A stretch of 43,021 nt of DNA, from NCBI GenBank assembly GCA_002633005.1, contig NMRA01000840.1, forward strand, positions 78,196 through 121,216. Direction: 5' to 3'. The notes below the pieces were generated by a model. The model was not told the origin of the DNA and made no database searches. It saw only the letters and a program-made list of their open reading frames with translations. Position 1 is the first letter of the stretch. Each line of letters begins with the position of its first letter. This document shows positions 1 through 12,900 of the stretch, piece after piece. A program made the position numbers and the translations under genes. The stretch comes from Phoronis australis. Its lineage: Eukaryota > Animalia > Phoronida.

Positions 1-1295
1 AAAAAAAAACGATATACCCGCTTTCCTCGCAGCTGCTTATTTCGGACAAGCGGGAACGATGTACCGCAACATAGCGGCATTCATTCTGCATATGACCCAC
101 TGACGTCGCCAGCGTCGTTTCTCACCTTCCTCACAGGTTAACGCGACACCTCTTGGCAAGGTAAGGTCGACCGTATGCGAGGCGAAGTGGATATAGACCG
201 ATTAAGACGGCAATAAAAACTAATTAAATCGGATGGCATTCTCCTTTAAATACGTTTTTAACTGACACGTGTGAGGGAAGCCCATATCAGTGCTGTTAAC
301 TTGACAAATGATTTAAAATTAAGGTTGTTTCAAGTTCGTTTGGTCAAGAAAATCCTCTGCACCAACGCTGTTCTGTTGAAAATCGGAGTAGCCGTTTCGA
401 ATGTTTGGAGTTTTTGCGGAAAGAACCAGAGGAAATTGTTCGTCTTTATTCGTCACATGACTGTGTGTAATCTTTACGATACTTCTCGCATGTATTTCAT
501 TGGATATTTAAAAAAAATAATTTGTCTAGAACTTATGGTATTGAGAAAACAATCATCGGCAAATTGTTACAACCAAAACTTTTGAATTAAGAACAACCAC
601 TGGTAATTACCAAATATAAGGCCACAAATTTGTTATATGCTTGCCATGTTTCAATTTGCTAAAAACGAAAATATTTGAATATTACAAAATAGACAAATTT
701 ATTTGTTTCCAAAAATGTTAATTGTAATTTTCCAACTGTCGATGGTTCTTCTGTTTGCAGAAGACTTGAAATATCACGTGACCTATGGTTAATGTGAGTG
801 ATTAACATCAACTTATTAATCGTAATCATAACAGTTCAATTTCGCTGCTTGTTTATTCTGTCTGTGAGTATGACTGAATCAAAAAAGGAAATCGCTACAT
901 GTAATCATACGCAACAAGATCGTTTAAATGCCTGTTTATTGATATCCAAATGCATGGTGCTGTTAAAGTAATACATATTTCAGAATAAGGACATAATTCA
1001 GCCACCATTATCATGGCAATCTCCAATTATATATTGCTTTTTGAATAAAATTTATATAATTAAAATAAGGAATGTAGAAATACAAAACGCTATTTAGTAC
1101 TTGCATCAATTGACCTTTTTACTGACAGCAAAAGTCCAGCCTTTTTTGCTGGTACCCTGCGTGCCGATAGGTGGTCAGTAGCCAGCACGTGCTGGCTAGG
1201 CGCGTAGGGAACGTCCAAGTCCAGCCATTTTGCGTGCGAATCAGACAGCGTAGATTTGAAAGATTTTATTCATCTAACCAAACCAAGAACACCAG

Positions 1296-2477
1296 GTCAA
1301 AGTTCACGACCCCTACCAAGCTCAGATGCACATGTACACGTGTGGTGCTTTTATCAGGGTTAGCAAGTTTGTCTTCGTATCCCTGTTAATAGGTAGATAT
1401 GCGGAAAGAAAATGTTTTCTCCTTTTCTAAACCCCTAGCAAGACGTCCACGTCGATGACTGCCAAACTTTTCCTTTGCAATAATTTTCCCACGTTAGCTC
1501 CTGGAGTGGACTCAGTTAGGTTTGGATTGCCTTGATCAACATATGTGGTCATTGCCGACAGAGAAGACGACGAATCAGGCACAGCAATGTTCACATTGGA
1601 CTGTGTTTTGTTGATTAGTGTTAGCGTTGTTTTACTGGTTGACAACAACTATTCGTGTTTCGTTTATTTTTTTTCATTACGTTTCGTTTACATTTTTTAA
1701 TTAAAGGCCTTAAAATCACACATGTATATTGTGTTTGTTGGCCGTGCGTTATATGAATGTCCATTATTAAAACAGGTTCACAAGGCGAGTACATGCATGT
1801 GTACATGTACCTTCAATAGAATGAACGGTTCATTCGTTCACAAAGAAAAGCTGTGTGTTTTAACATAGCTATTTGAGTCATANGTCAAAGTTCACGACCC
1901 CTACCAAGCTCAGATGCACATGTACACGTGTGGTGCTTTTATCAGGGTTAGCAAGTTTGTCTTCGTATCCCTGTTAATAGGTAGATATGCGGAAAGAAAA
2001 TGTTTTCTCCTTTTCTAAACCCCGAGCAAGACGTCCACGTCGATGACTGCCAAACTTTTCCTTTGCAATAATTTGCCCACGTTAGCTCCTGGAGTGGACT
2101 CAGGTTTAGATTGCCTTGATCAACATATGTGGTCACTGCCGACAGAGAAGACGACGAATCAGGCACAGCAATGTTCACATTGGACTGTGTTTTGTTGATT
2201 AGTGTTAGCGTTGTTTTACTGGTTGACAACAACTATTCGTTTTTCGTTTATTTTTTTCATTACGTTTCGTTTACTTTTTTTAAGTAAAGGCCTTAAAATC
2301 ACACATGTATATTGTGTTTGTTGGCCGTGCTTTATATGAATGTCCATTAATAAAACAGGTTCACAAGGCAAGTTCATGTACATGTACATGTATATGTATG
2401 TGTACCTTCGATAGAATGAACGGTTCATTCGTTCACAAAGAAGAGCGGTGTGTTTTAACATAGCTATTTGAGTCATA
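1296..2477. repeat. Tandem duplication of about 590 bp around a single N (1883); probable haplotype/assembly artefact
   Basis: 1296-1882 and 1884-2477 are near-identical, with scattered SNPs and indels. Confidence 0.85.
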
Positions 2478-3633
2478 GGCGGATTGGGGGGGGGGGGAGC
2501 NGCAAGAAAAATGAAACAGCAACAGTGCGAAGCGTGAGGGAATATTGAGTTCAGTATCTAGGACCGGTCCGCTGCGACCTGGGGTCTGACCCTCCTCCCA
2601 CAACCGTGTTCCCGTTTGCTTTTTTTAGTCCAACGACAGGGGTTCTGGACAGAAGGACCACATCCCCCGGCCCCAGAACTTGAGCCGCCTGTGCAGATAC
2701 AATCGCGCTTTGCCCAATTCCCCGAGGCAACGTGTAGCCCCTCTTATGGTATCTTAGATCCGCCACTGTGAGTTATCACAATGCAAAGCCTACACGTTTT
2801 CACTAGATGCAGGATCACTTGTGATACAGCTCTTGTGTTTGCAGGGCATATTGTAAAAAGACATTTTCACCAAATTTTATAAAAAAAATGATCTGAAGGA
2901 TATTCTCGTAACTTTGTTGTTTTCTCATTTCCCTGATGACGTTGGTTATCATCCAAAATTTGAGAAAATTTGCAGTCTTTATTTTATCTCAATGCTTCTT
3001 AGAAAATATGATATAAAACGCAGTCGTGTCGAAGTATAAAGAATACAAACGAAAAAAAATTGCTTGAATACGGTTTCGCTCTATAGAAGTTATCAATCTG
3101 AAAAGCATTATAAAGTTTCCGCGGTTATTCCGTGTAGCCTAGTCAGTCAAGGTCAATTTTTAGGCGAATCGTTCACTTTCTGAAAAAATTGTGGACATTT
3201 TATGAATATTGTCCGAGTTTCAAACACTGTTGAGCAACATCGACGAAGGAAGGTCTATGCACGTCATAAGGCAAACCGTTATGTAATTATGGAACACTTA
3301 GAAGTTGTCAACTGCTTCTGGGAGTTTTTTAATGCCACTTCTTGAGTATATTTCAAGAATCACACAGGCTGACAACGAATAATCATTGTTTGTTGGAAAA
3401 GTATTCAGAGAACATATGAGGGCATATGAAACATTTAAAATCCTAGAAGACTTTTGATGTTTTCAGCCGCTCGTAATTCCCATAGTTTTAGTCTGTTTTC
3501 GGGGTGATTCTTTGGTATTAAAGCTGTAGATTTTTCGAAAGTGGTTGGTAATAACATAAATCTCTAAGTAATACTTTGCGATAAAGCACTAATTCTTATT
3601 GTTGGATATCAAGGCATTTTCTATACAGAATAA

Positions 3634-3971
3634 TTATGTTTTCATGCACTGCACGGCGCTGATGACTCCTGGATACTTTTCCAAAAGGCTTTGTTTCAAT
3701 GTGTTGCACGCGGTGGTCTCAATTGTGCTGTTAACCTTAGTAAAGACAGCAGTGACAAGAAACTGAACTGGGTGGCGGGGTCTCTGTGTGGTTGGAGGTT
3801 GCGTGGTTGGGGGTTGTGTTGTTGGAGGTTGCGTTGTCGGAGGTTGCGTTGTCGGAGGTTGCGTTGTCGGAGGCTGCGTTGTCGGAGGCTGCGTTGTCGG
3901 AGGTTGCGTTGTCGGAGGTTGCGTTGTTGGCGGCTGCGTTGTTGGAGGTTGCTGTGTTGTTATTTCGTTAC
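3634..3971 (-). CDS. Coding exon 17 (terminal): Pro/Thr mucin-like stalk and two-Cys tail
   Basis: tttttatag|GT NEITTQQ(PPTTQ)x11 RPRHP...SAVQCMKT*. The T+GT junction restores the last Sushi Cys. Confidence 0.82.
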
Positions 3972-6900
3972 CTATAAAAATCATCATACAATAAAATTAT
4001 AAAACTATTTAATATATCTTAAAAGTTAATAACTATGTCTCTTACTCCGCGGGAAATCAGCGATGGGACTTTCAAGTCTGATTGAATAAGTTTAAAATGC
4101 AATTAACGTTGCGAAACAAACCTAAGACATGAAAATGCATACAGAAATACTTAAACATAGGTGTACCGGGCTAGAAATATGAAGAGGACGTGCGTGAACA
4201 GTTGCCACACAGGGTAGAGGAGGTCGAGAGGCATCTGCAACAATGGTTTGGGATTACAGTCAATTATAATCTTTCAGATATTACTTGGATATTACAATAT
4301 ACCTGTGGTGTTTTCTGTAGGGAAATTGAGGTTTAAAAGAAACTTATATTTCACGCTAACCTTAGTCTTATTTTTAAAGAGTTGTGTTTAAGTGAAAAGG
4401 TGCTTTTGTCCAAAATTGCAGATTTCAAGTCAAAATTAGTATCAAAAAGAAACAATACCAGAACAACTATAGCCCGAAGAAATCTTATGATTCCAATTTT
4501 ATGACACTAAAAGGCCTCAATTATATTTCCGCTTTTTAGCCAACTGAACAAACGAAAATGCAGCATTGCCCAAAATTATTGCATGGGATTAGTACGTACA
4601 TTGTGGAGTAGCAGTGGATTCCCAGGTGCCATTGATAAGACATCTCACGTTTTTTATTCCCTGAAGTTCAAAGCCGTCATAGCACGAGTAAGTCGCTTGA
4701 CTGCCAAAACTTGTTGAAGCATTGAAGTACGACACGATTCCGTTAACCGGCGCTGACAATGGTTCGCAGTCGAAGACTACAACAATAATTTACATGTCGC
4801 TGGGTTTACATTAAACAAAATTCCATTGAACAATTATAAATGAGAAGACAACATGACACTCTTGGGAATGAAAGTTTAGGTCGATCAAACTTCCATAGAA
4901 CCTTGACCCTCCCTCCATCCCTCCATTCACCCTCCCTCACTCATTCCCGCTCTCCGTCGGTCTCGTTCTATCTCTCTTACTATTGAAATTTCCTCAGACT
5001 TGTTCAGAAAGGCAGAACAAATCACAAACGACATGAGGCTGGTTCTCTCTTTACAAAAATCTACCAGTCAAATAAAATGCACGTTTTCATTCCAGAGTTG
5101 TAGTTAAAGGGACAGATGGCGTTTCGGCCATAAAATTAAAAACATTATTATTTGGCCTGTCAAACTTCCTGACATTGATAGCTTTGACTAGAGTTTCAAT
5201 ACAAAAATCATGCTTCGTACATTTCCCACTACGAAGAAGTATCCGCCAACAAAACCAGTGGCTGCAGCTAATAACGCGTGAGAATTTCGATCCTAGCCTG
5301 CGTCAAAAAGCGAAAATTAATTAGCTAACTTAAACTAAACAAATAGTGGGGCGGCAGAGAGTGGTAGTTATTCCCCCTGCTTGTGAATTATTGAAGCCCT
5401 ATATGCACGTTTTAACTGACGTTCCGTCCAACAAATCCGAGTCGGCATCAATCGGAAGACACTTTCGTGCTCTAGTTAGTCTAGAGAGCGCCAAAATGAA
5501 AAATCTCCTATAACTATATACAGTTAGTGGTTCACTATTTCAAAAAAACAAGCGAATTTAATTCCACTGTTAGTCCCCTGTTGTTTTATTAGTTTAAGTT
5601 TTCTAATTTATTGAACCTTTCTGACACCTGCTGGGATCGAAATTCTTCTGCTTCATTAGCCACAGCCACTGCGTCTTTTCCAGGACTCAGTAACTTGTTC
5701 CCAGCTTTGTTGCAGATTTTTCTTTGCAAAGGGAAATGTATGGAATGTGATTTCCTTGTTCATCCATTGGTATTTCAGAAGTTTGACATTTTCTAAATGG
5801 CATTAGTACACCCCACCGCACTTCAGTGGAAATTTACTGGCAATACTACAGCAGGAAAGGTGTTAAAACGCTGAAACAATCTGTAAGCATTACACGGGAT
5901 CTGTAGGTGGCGCTGAACGCCTGTCCACCAACGACCTGATCGCCGTGTTGCGGGATAGTAAATGTCTATAAGGCGCGGCCATTTCGAAATAATTCAGCTA
6001 TTTCAGCACCAGCATGTCTACGCCTTAAGCCAGGACAGGTTTCCCGAAGTGCATCTGTTTCAGTTTTCAGTTGACGTACTCAACACTTACACTGTCTACA
6101 TGTGAAACAGCAACGTTTCCGGTACGAAGCCAGTCTGCAAACGTTGGATGGTGTATAGCCAGAGCAGTCGACTTTGTCCCCGTACTCACAATCTGGAAGT
6201 AGATAAATCAAGATTTATACAATGTTATGGTTATAACGCGAGAAGCATGGTGTCGCTAGTGTAACCATATTTCGACAGGAAGTTTCAAGACACGACATTT
6301 CGTTTTCGCCGTGACTCTCTCTCTCTCTCTCTCCGATTGGCTGCAGGTCAGATCTTGAGTCAGATGTCTTTGAAACAATTGCCAAGGTCAATGATGTCAC
6401 GTTGCCTGCAAGTTGGAATGTTGTATTTAGCAATCATGCCTTACCTGGACATACGTGACCTTAACATCAGCAAAAGCTGGCGCCGATGTGCCTGTGACCA
6501 GACATGTTACAGTATTGTGCATTGCCCCCTACTGTTCATTAATCTGAATCCGTGGCGGATCGATTTATGTCTTAAGTGAGATAACGATGTTTTCTAACGA
6601 AACTTAACGACGTGCGATCAAGTTTGAGAAAAAAAATGTTCTTTTCCGTAAACATCCAACAATTTCAAAGAGACTTACTGTAAAAGTTCTATAATCTTTA
6701 ATGAATTGATTGATTGCAAGGTTGCGTCTTCCCCAAATTATACTTATCCAAACACAAATTACCTTAACGGTAACTGAATTTTTGAAAATGATTCTCCGAA
6801 ATGTTACTGCTTTATTTCCGAATCAGCTAGAAACATGTACATGTATACATGTAAACGTACATGTATACATGTACACGTACATGTATACATGTACACGTAC

Positions 6901-9900
6901 ATGCATATATGTACACGTACATGTATACATGTACACGTACATGCATACATGTACACGTACATGCAACTACGTAAGCAAGTTGCTGGATAAATCTTGAAAA
7001 AATCGCGACAGATGTTGCTCCATCGACTTTGTCGAACTCACGACACTTTACCACGCAATTCCGTTAAAATAAACAATTAGCGACTGGATATACTAATTCC
7101 ACATGAAATTCCGACAAAATTTCGAAAATAACGCTATTTTATTGCGACAAATTTGCGACTAAGTTGCGAACTAATTACGGAAAGAGGTTCATCCAACTGT
7201 GGCAGGGTCTGGCGGAATTCTATCGAAGTCCGTCTTGTTTATTTTAAAAACAGCAGCTGATTCCTTCCAAGACCAGGCTCAGACTCGTATGTAGGAATTG
7301 TTAGCTGTATTTGTACCACTGTCTGTAGTTACAGGTCACACAGAGCCTGAAATAGTAACTCGTTTACTGAAAAACTTGTTGACATGAATTTGTATACTGC
7401 AGTACCCAAGGGCCCTCATTATGCGCCAGAGGCCTTCCTGAACTTAAACACCCTATGACAGCCCAAGATACGAGACCAAATCACGTGTTTTGTGTAAGCC
7501 AATCCTGATGTACCCGAGATTAATTGCGTATTCATAGTATGCAGGGACAAAGCCACATACCAAAATTGTTAAGTCTAATACACTCTCACTTAAAGAATAC
7601 TACAATGTTTTTAATGACACTAAATTGGCGTTAAATTTTATTTGTGTATTTTTACCCACATGCAGCACGGTTAACCATGCTTGTGACGTTAGCCGAGGAA
7701 GGTGGAATCTTAAACCTCCGTTTCGTAAAACCTCTCCGTTCACCGACTGACCGTACCTGGTAGATTCTCGTGTGATACGCACGTTCCGCAGCACTTGGCT
7801 CTCACTTTTTTTGTATAACACTCCCACCTCCCGATATCTGAGCATTTTTTGTCATAATCCTTAGAAATTCGACCAGGCCTGTCGCCAGAGGGACACGTGT
7901 CTGAAACAAAAAGACGTCGATTAAGAATAACCACACGAGACAAGATTATGAAAACCATTACGCACAACTGCACGCTTGACAATGACGTTTTACGACCTGG
8001 ACACACACACGTTTTGGAAGCAATCGCAATAAACAGTAAGAATGATCTACAAACACTGAAGGCAACCAGAGTCGAGAGTATTCGGTCTAGGTCACAATCG
8101 CTTCAACAGAGGAATCTCTGCCCGAGTGCATGAAACAGTCACAAATAGGGAATCGACCAAGTTCCTTAAATCTTTTGCTGACTTGATTCATCCTTTACCC
8201 ACAGACGTAGTTTTTTCTATTTTTTTTATTTCTCGGTTAGCTCCTCTGAATAATGACATTTCGTATTAACATCATTAAAAAACCCTTAATTCAGCCAAGG
8301 TAATTAGGGATTTGGTCCTTAAATCAGGAGTGTTGCATGAAAAGACCCCTATTATTTTCTACAATATTGAGAGTTCAACATAAACTACGCTCTCAATTTT
8401 ATCAAAGCCAAAAAATGACGTAGTAATGAGACTCAAACAGCAAAAGAAAGGACACTTAATGTTCTCACAAGCCCACCCAGTAGATTTGAGGAACTCAGTT
8501 GAGTCCGTGAGAGAGTAGATGAGGGCAAAGCCCTCAGACAGCTTCGCGAGATCGTATTATCTCGCCTTCTGTCCTTGCTGTGGTTGGTGTGGACGCGGAT
8601 CGAGGGCAGGACCTGGTAGGCCGGTGGTGGTAGAGGTGGTGTGCTTGATCTTCTTCTGGAGACGAGACGCTGGCTGGATGGCAACAGCGTTATTGACATC
8701 GTAGAGGTGGAGCTGGCTTGATGGCAACAGCTTAGAGTTGGTTCACATGAAGCCACTCAGTTGAGTCCCAAGCTATTTGGAACTATTTAATGCAACTGAA
8801 CTCAAGCCCCTGACCAGTTGCCCGTGCAGATTGCACTACGAGAGCATCATTCCATAGACCAAGAAAAAAGATTACGACAGGCAGGGTACATGTACATTGT
8901 CACACGCGTGTGCATGTAGTACTGGAGGTCGCAAACACTACAGTAGCTTTGCTGAGAAAAAGAGTCGTGAGAGAGCAACAGGGATATCATCACAACGCCA
9001 CTCAAAAGCCAACACTTCGCTACTCAGGACAAGTTAAGGCTAGAGAGGAAACGCTATCAGGAGCCTTGCCGTTCCCATCCAGTGATAGGGCACGAGTAGT
9101 TAGGAGGAAAAATGACCAGTGTCTCTGACGGCTTTGTTAATTAATGTGTTACGCAATTGCTGCGTAGTCTCGAACAATACATCCAGAATCTTGCTCGATG
9201 ATGCCATTATTAACATCACAGAATTATAACGAAAACACCGCTCGATTAAAGCTCAGTCGAGTGGACAACCTGAAATGAACAGTGATAATTCTCGCCGGCA
9301 GTACCATGAAATATCAAGATCGCAAGTTCTTATTCTAGAAAGCATTGAAGATGACATTTCAGTTCCTATAATTCTTTGCATGCATGCAGTAATATAATCC
9401 TGAGATTTTCTACCGTGGTAAAGACGCATTGACAGCACCTTCTTCAGTGTACTTACCGCTAGCCTTTGGAGCCCTCTCGTCATACACACAATAGCCGCGA
9501 AGACACCACTAAAACATACCAAATTTTAAATATAATTACTCTGTGAAAGCGGCCAAGACATATTACAATGTATGCACTTTCAAATGTTCTTTAAATCCCA
9601 ACAGATGTCACCAGATCATACATCGACGAGCATAGTCACAGAAATCTACAGTCGTAACACCTCGTTCAAAAATCCTAGATCAGACATTGTAATCGCCTGA
9701 ACTGCCATGCTTGGAAGCCCGAAGAGAACGTTAAAAAGAATACGCGACTACATTAAAGTTAACTTCGGCTTGAATTTCATTGAGCGATCCACTACTCCGT
9801 CTGTGGAAAAGATGGAGGATGATCTTTGCAGTCACGCATATATGAGGACGGGGCGATGGAGTTCCTTTAGTTCCACTTCAAAATACAGAACAGTTTTAAC

Positions 9901-12900
9901 GTATCAACTCAATATTTAAACTAGAGGTTGCATTTTTAAAAGGGGCTTTTGGTCATACTGGCATGTATTGAAAGTTCATCAAACCGGAAGTGTGGCGAGG
10001 TGAGTCCAGTAGCACAACGGCTNCGAAGAGAACGTTAAAAAGAATACGCGACTACATTAAAGTTAACTTCGGCTTGAATTTCATTGAGCGATCCACTACT
10101 CCGTCTGTGGAAAAGATGGAGGATGATCTTTGCAGTCACGTATATATGAGGACGGGGCGATGGAGTTCCTTTAGTTCCACTTCAAAATACAGAACAGTTT
10201 TAACGTATCAACTCAATATTTAAACTAGAGGTTGCATTTTTAGAAGGGGCTTTTGGTCATACTGGCATGTATTGAAAGTTCATCAAACCGGAAGTGTGGC
10301 GAGGTGAGTCCAGTAGCACAACGGCTAACTCTGAAACGTAGTTGTATTTGTATTAGTGCCTGCTTCAGGCATTATTCCTCAAGTCAAAAGCACATTGTTA
10401 CGTAACGGAACTGGGACTCGTGCATCTGCGGGAGTCTCCGCCGTTGAGGGCAGTTCGTTACCATACGTATAACTGAAAAGCTAGGGAACGCAGGTTCGTG
10501 TGGAAACCAAAGTTTTTGGAAGTGTTTGAGTGTATAACCCTTTTGGTTAGAGAATCTACTACTTTATCGATTTCATTTTTACTGAAATTGGTTGAAGGGA
10601 AATCACAAGACATGTAGTATGGAAAAATTGCCACATCAACAAAAGAGACCTTCCAAAAGGCACATTCCTTTTAATAATCAACTTTTGATAATGGCGAGCA
10701 AGCAGTTTTGTCAGTCGTCACTGATAACCTACGCTATAGATAAGCACTAAAAATGCTCCTCTGCTTGTAAAATCATATACTCCTTTAAAATGGAGGAGGG
10801 TTTTGGACCATGAAGTTTCTGAAAGAGTGTGCTGCTGACTTATGAACAGTGACAAGGGCACACCATGTCGTCCTGGTGGTAACAACTGAAATGGCCGACA
10901 TAAAGCCGAATGGCCAGTGTTTCGTTACACTCTGAAATGAAAGTTAATACAGCGGACGTCAGACGATGATACAAATGTTTACCTCTAAAAACAATTACCG
11001 TAAATTTTCGATGTTGCGTGTGGATCGGCTTACTGAAAGCATGGGGAAATCCCATGACAAGGGATCGGATAAGTGAGACAAAAATTAACAGGTCATCTTG
11101 GTATAATGCAGAAATGATAATGGTCGGTAAAGAAACAAGACTGAGCAGAGCTTGAGCAAGTACCTTCTTGTTTCCACATGTAGTACCGTCAGCCGCCACC
11201 AGTTGATGTTCCTGCAAACAATACGTGCGCGCAGGACTATAGCAGTACATTCTGTAGCACATCATGGCATCCGTTGAAGATCCCTAAAATAGCAATTGTA
11301 ACCTGAATTCCAAATATTCCAAATTTGTAGCAAATTAAAACCACACCATAACCTAACGCACGGTCTGATGGATAGGGTACTCAGATGAAACATAGCTCTC
11401 ATAAACTAAGCATCCTGAACCATGTAGGCAATCACTTCAGCGACGCAATTTTACACACTTAAGACGAGCATACAAAGTATGTAATTACCGTTATAATAAT
11501 TACTGACATAATAATTACTGGCATAATAATTACTGTTTTAATGATTACTCAATACCTAAAGTTATAGCCAAGGCTAGGGCTATGGATGTTTTCTGTGCGT
11601 TCTCTTTGGAAATGGTGACTTATAAGACCAGGCAAGTTATGGCTGGGCAGAAATCGATACAGGACATTAAAATAAATGATTTATTGATTGACGGAAGGAT
11701 GATTGATACTGTTGTACCCTTTGCCACGTTGTATACTTCGTCTATTCTACGCTAAAGTAATTCAAACGATCCTACCCCACAGAAGTATGACTGTTCGCCG
11801 TAGACTTGTTTGCACTGTTGGTGAATAGTATACTGCTGTCCAGGCATCACGCTAAGATAATTCTGAAATTCTGTTTCGTTGAAGACGGTGCTTGTTTTCA
11901 GCATACAGTTTATGCGGTCTCTGCAATAAAAGACGGAAACGAAGATAATGCCGTACGCGCGGGGCGTTTCGTCGAGCAGATTTTATTATGACGTCGATTC
12001 AGCTCCATAATAAACTGAATAAAAGTGAAGAGATAAACAAACGTGTGTGTCCAGGAATCTTTAGGCCAACTTGAGGCGAGGCGGTCGGACGGTAATTGTT
12101 TCTGCTTCTCTGACGTCACAATGATTTCCCCGCTTCTTTTCAAGTAATTCACAATGGAACTCAAATTTGTAAATTTCTTGTAGTTCATTGCAGTGGACCA
12201 CTTAAGTGACACTTGTACTTGGCCAAACAATCAAAACTTTAATTTGTTTTTGTCACTTGGAAAAGATATCTGCAAATGGACTCCACCTAGTTACTAATCA
12301 CAGTTTGGGCCTTAAAGCAACATTGGTGTGGATAAAAATCACTAAATGTATCTCATATTGACAGAGTCTACAAATATGGGAGTATTTTAACTTAACACAG
12401 TTAATTTTCAAGCCGAACTTCAGCGAAATTTTGATTAAAATTTAGATGAATTGGGCTAACCAGGTATGAGTCATAAAACCTTAGCAAGATAAGAAAACAC
12501 GAATTCAATCAAGCAAATGTAGGCCCGTCAAGTGATAGGTGAAGCTAACTTTTCGTGCCATATTGCATCACTGCGAAATCCCAGGCAAAACAACAAAAGA
12601 CCGATGACAGTTGTAATGAATAGGGATGTGATTAGGAGACCATTGCCTGCGGGTGTTATTCGCAGCTCTTAAAAGTCGAATCTCGCAGTGACGTAGGCAA
12701 AAGCAAGCCAATACGCCTAACATTTCGTTACGTTTGACAATTTATGGCGCTAGTGTGATCAGAGCAATGCTCATAACATCCTGTAGGAAGCAAATTTACC
12801 GGCGATGCCGCTTCAGACAGGTTTCACGATTTACCTGTTGAGTGACGCCACGTATGACGCCATGGCACTAATGGAGCACGAAGAGAAACGATATGTGTTA

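Noticed and set aside
3691-4002. Plus-strand repeat ORFs (CRRLR)n, (LSEVA)n and (VVGGC)n
   Set aside because: Antisense shadows of the PPTTQ exon. Only the minus frame has invariant units and a phase-compatible acceptor.
4303-4314. Possible 12-nt micro-exon (cag|AAAACACCACAG|gtatat)
   Set aside because: Inclusion after exon 16 creates T+AA, a stop, and removes the last Sushi Cys.
6710-7054. ORFs rich in YMYT/HVHV
   Set aside because: Translations of the purine-pyrimidine minisatellite.
8433-8756. GC-rich 107-aa minus ORF in intron 13
   Set aside because: No recognisable motif and not needed for the gene model; possibly TE debris.
9720-10326. 303-bp duplication and its twin ORFs as a real gene duplication
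   Set aside because: Near-identical copies abutting a single N indicate a scaffolding overlap; the ORFs have no recognisable features.
10840-11163. Read-through portion of the 141-aa ORF beyond exon 12
   Set aside because: Intronic. The conserved WCxxGxC continuation lies in exon 13.
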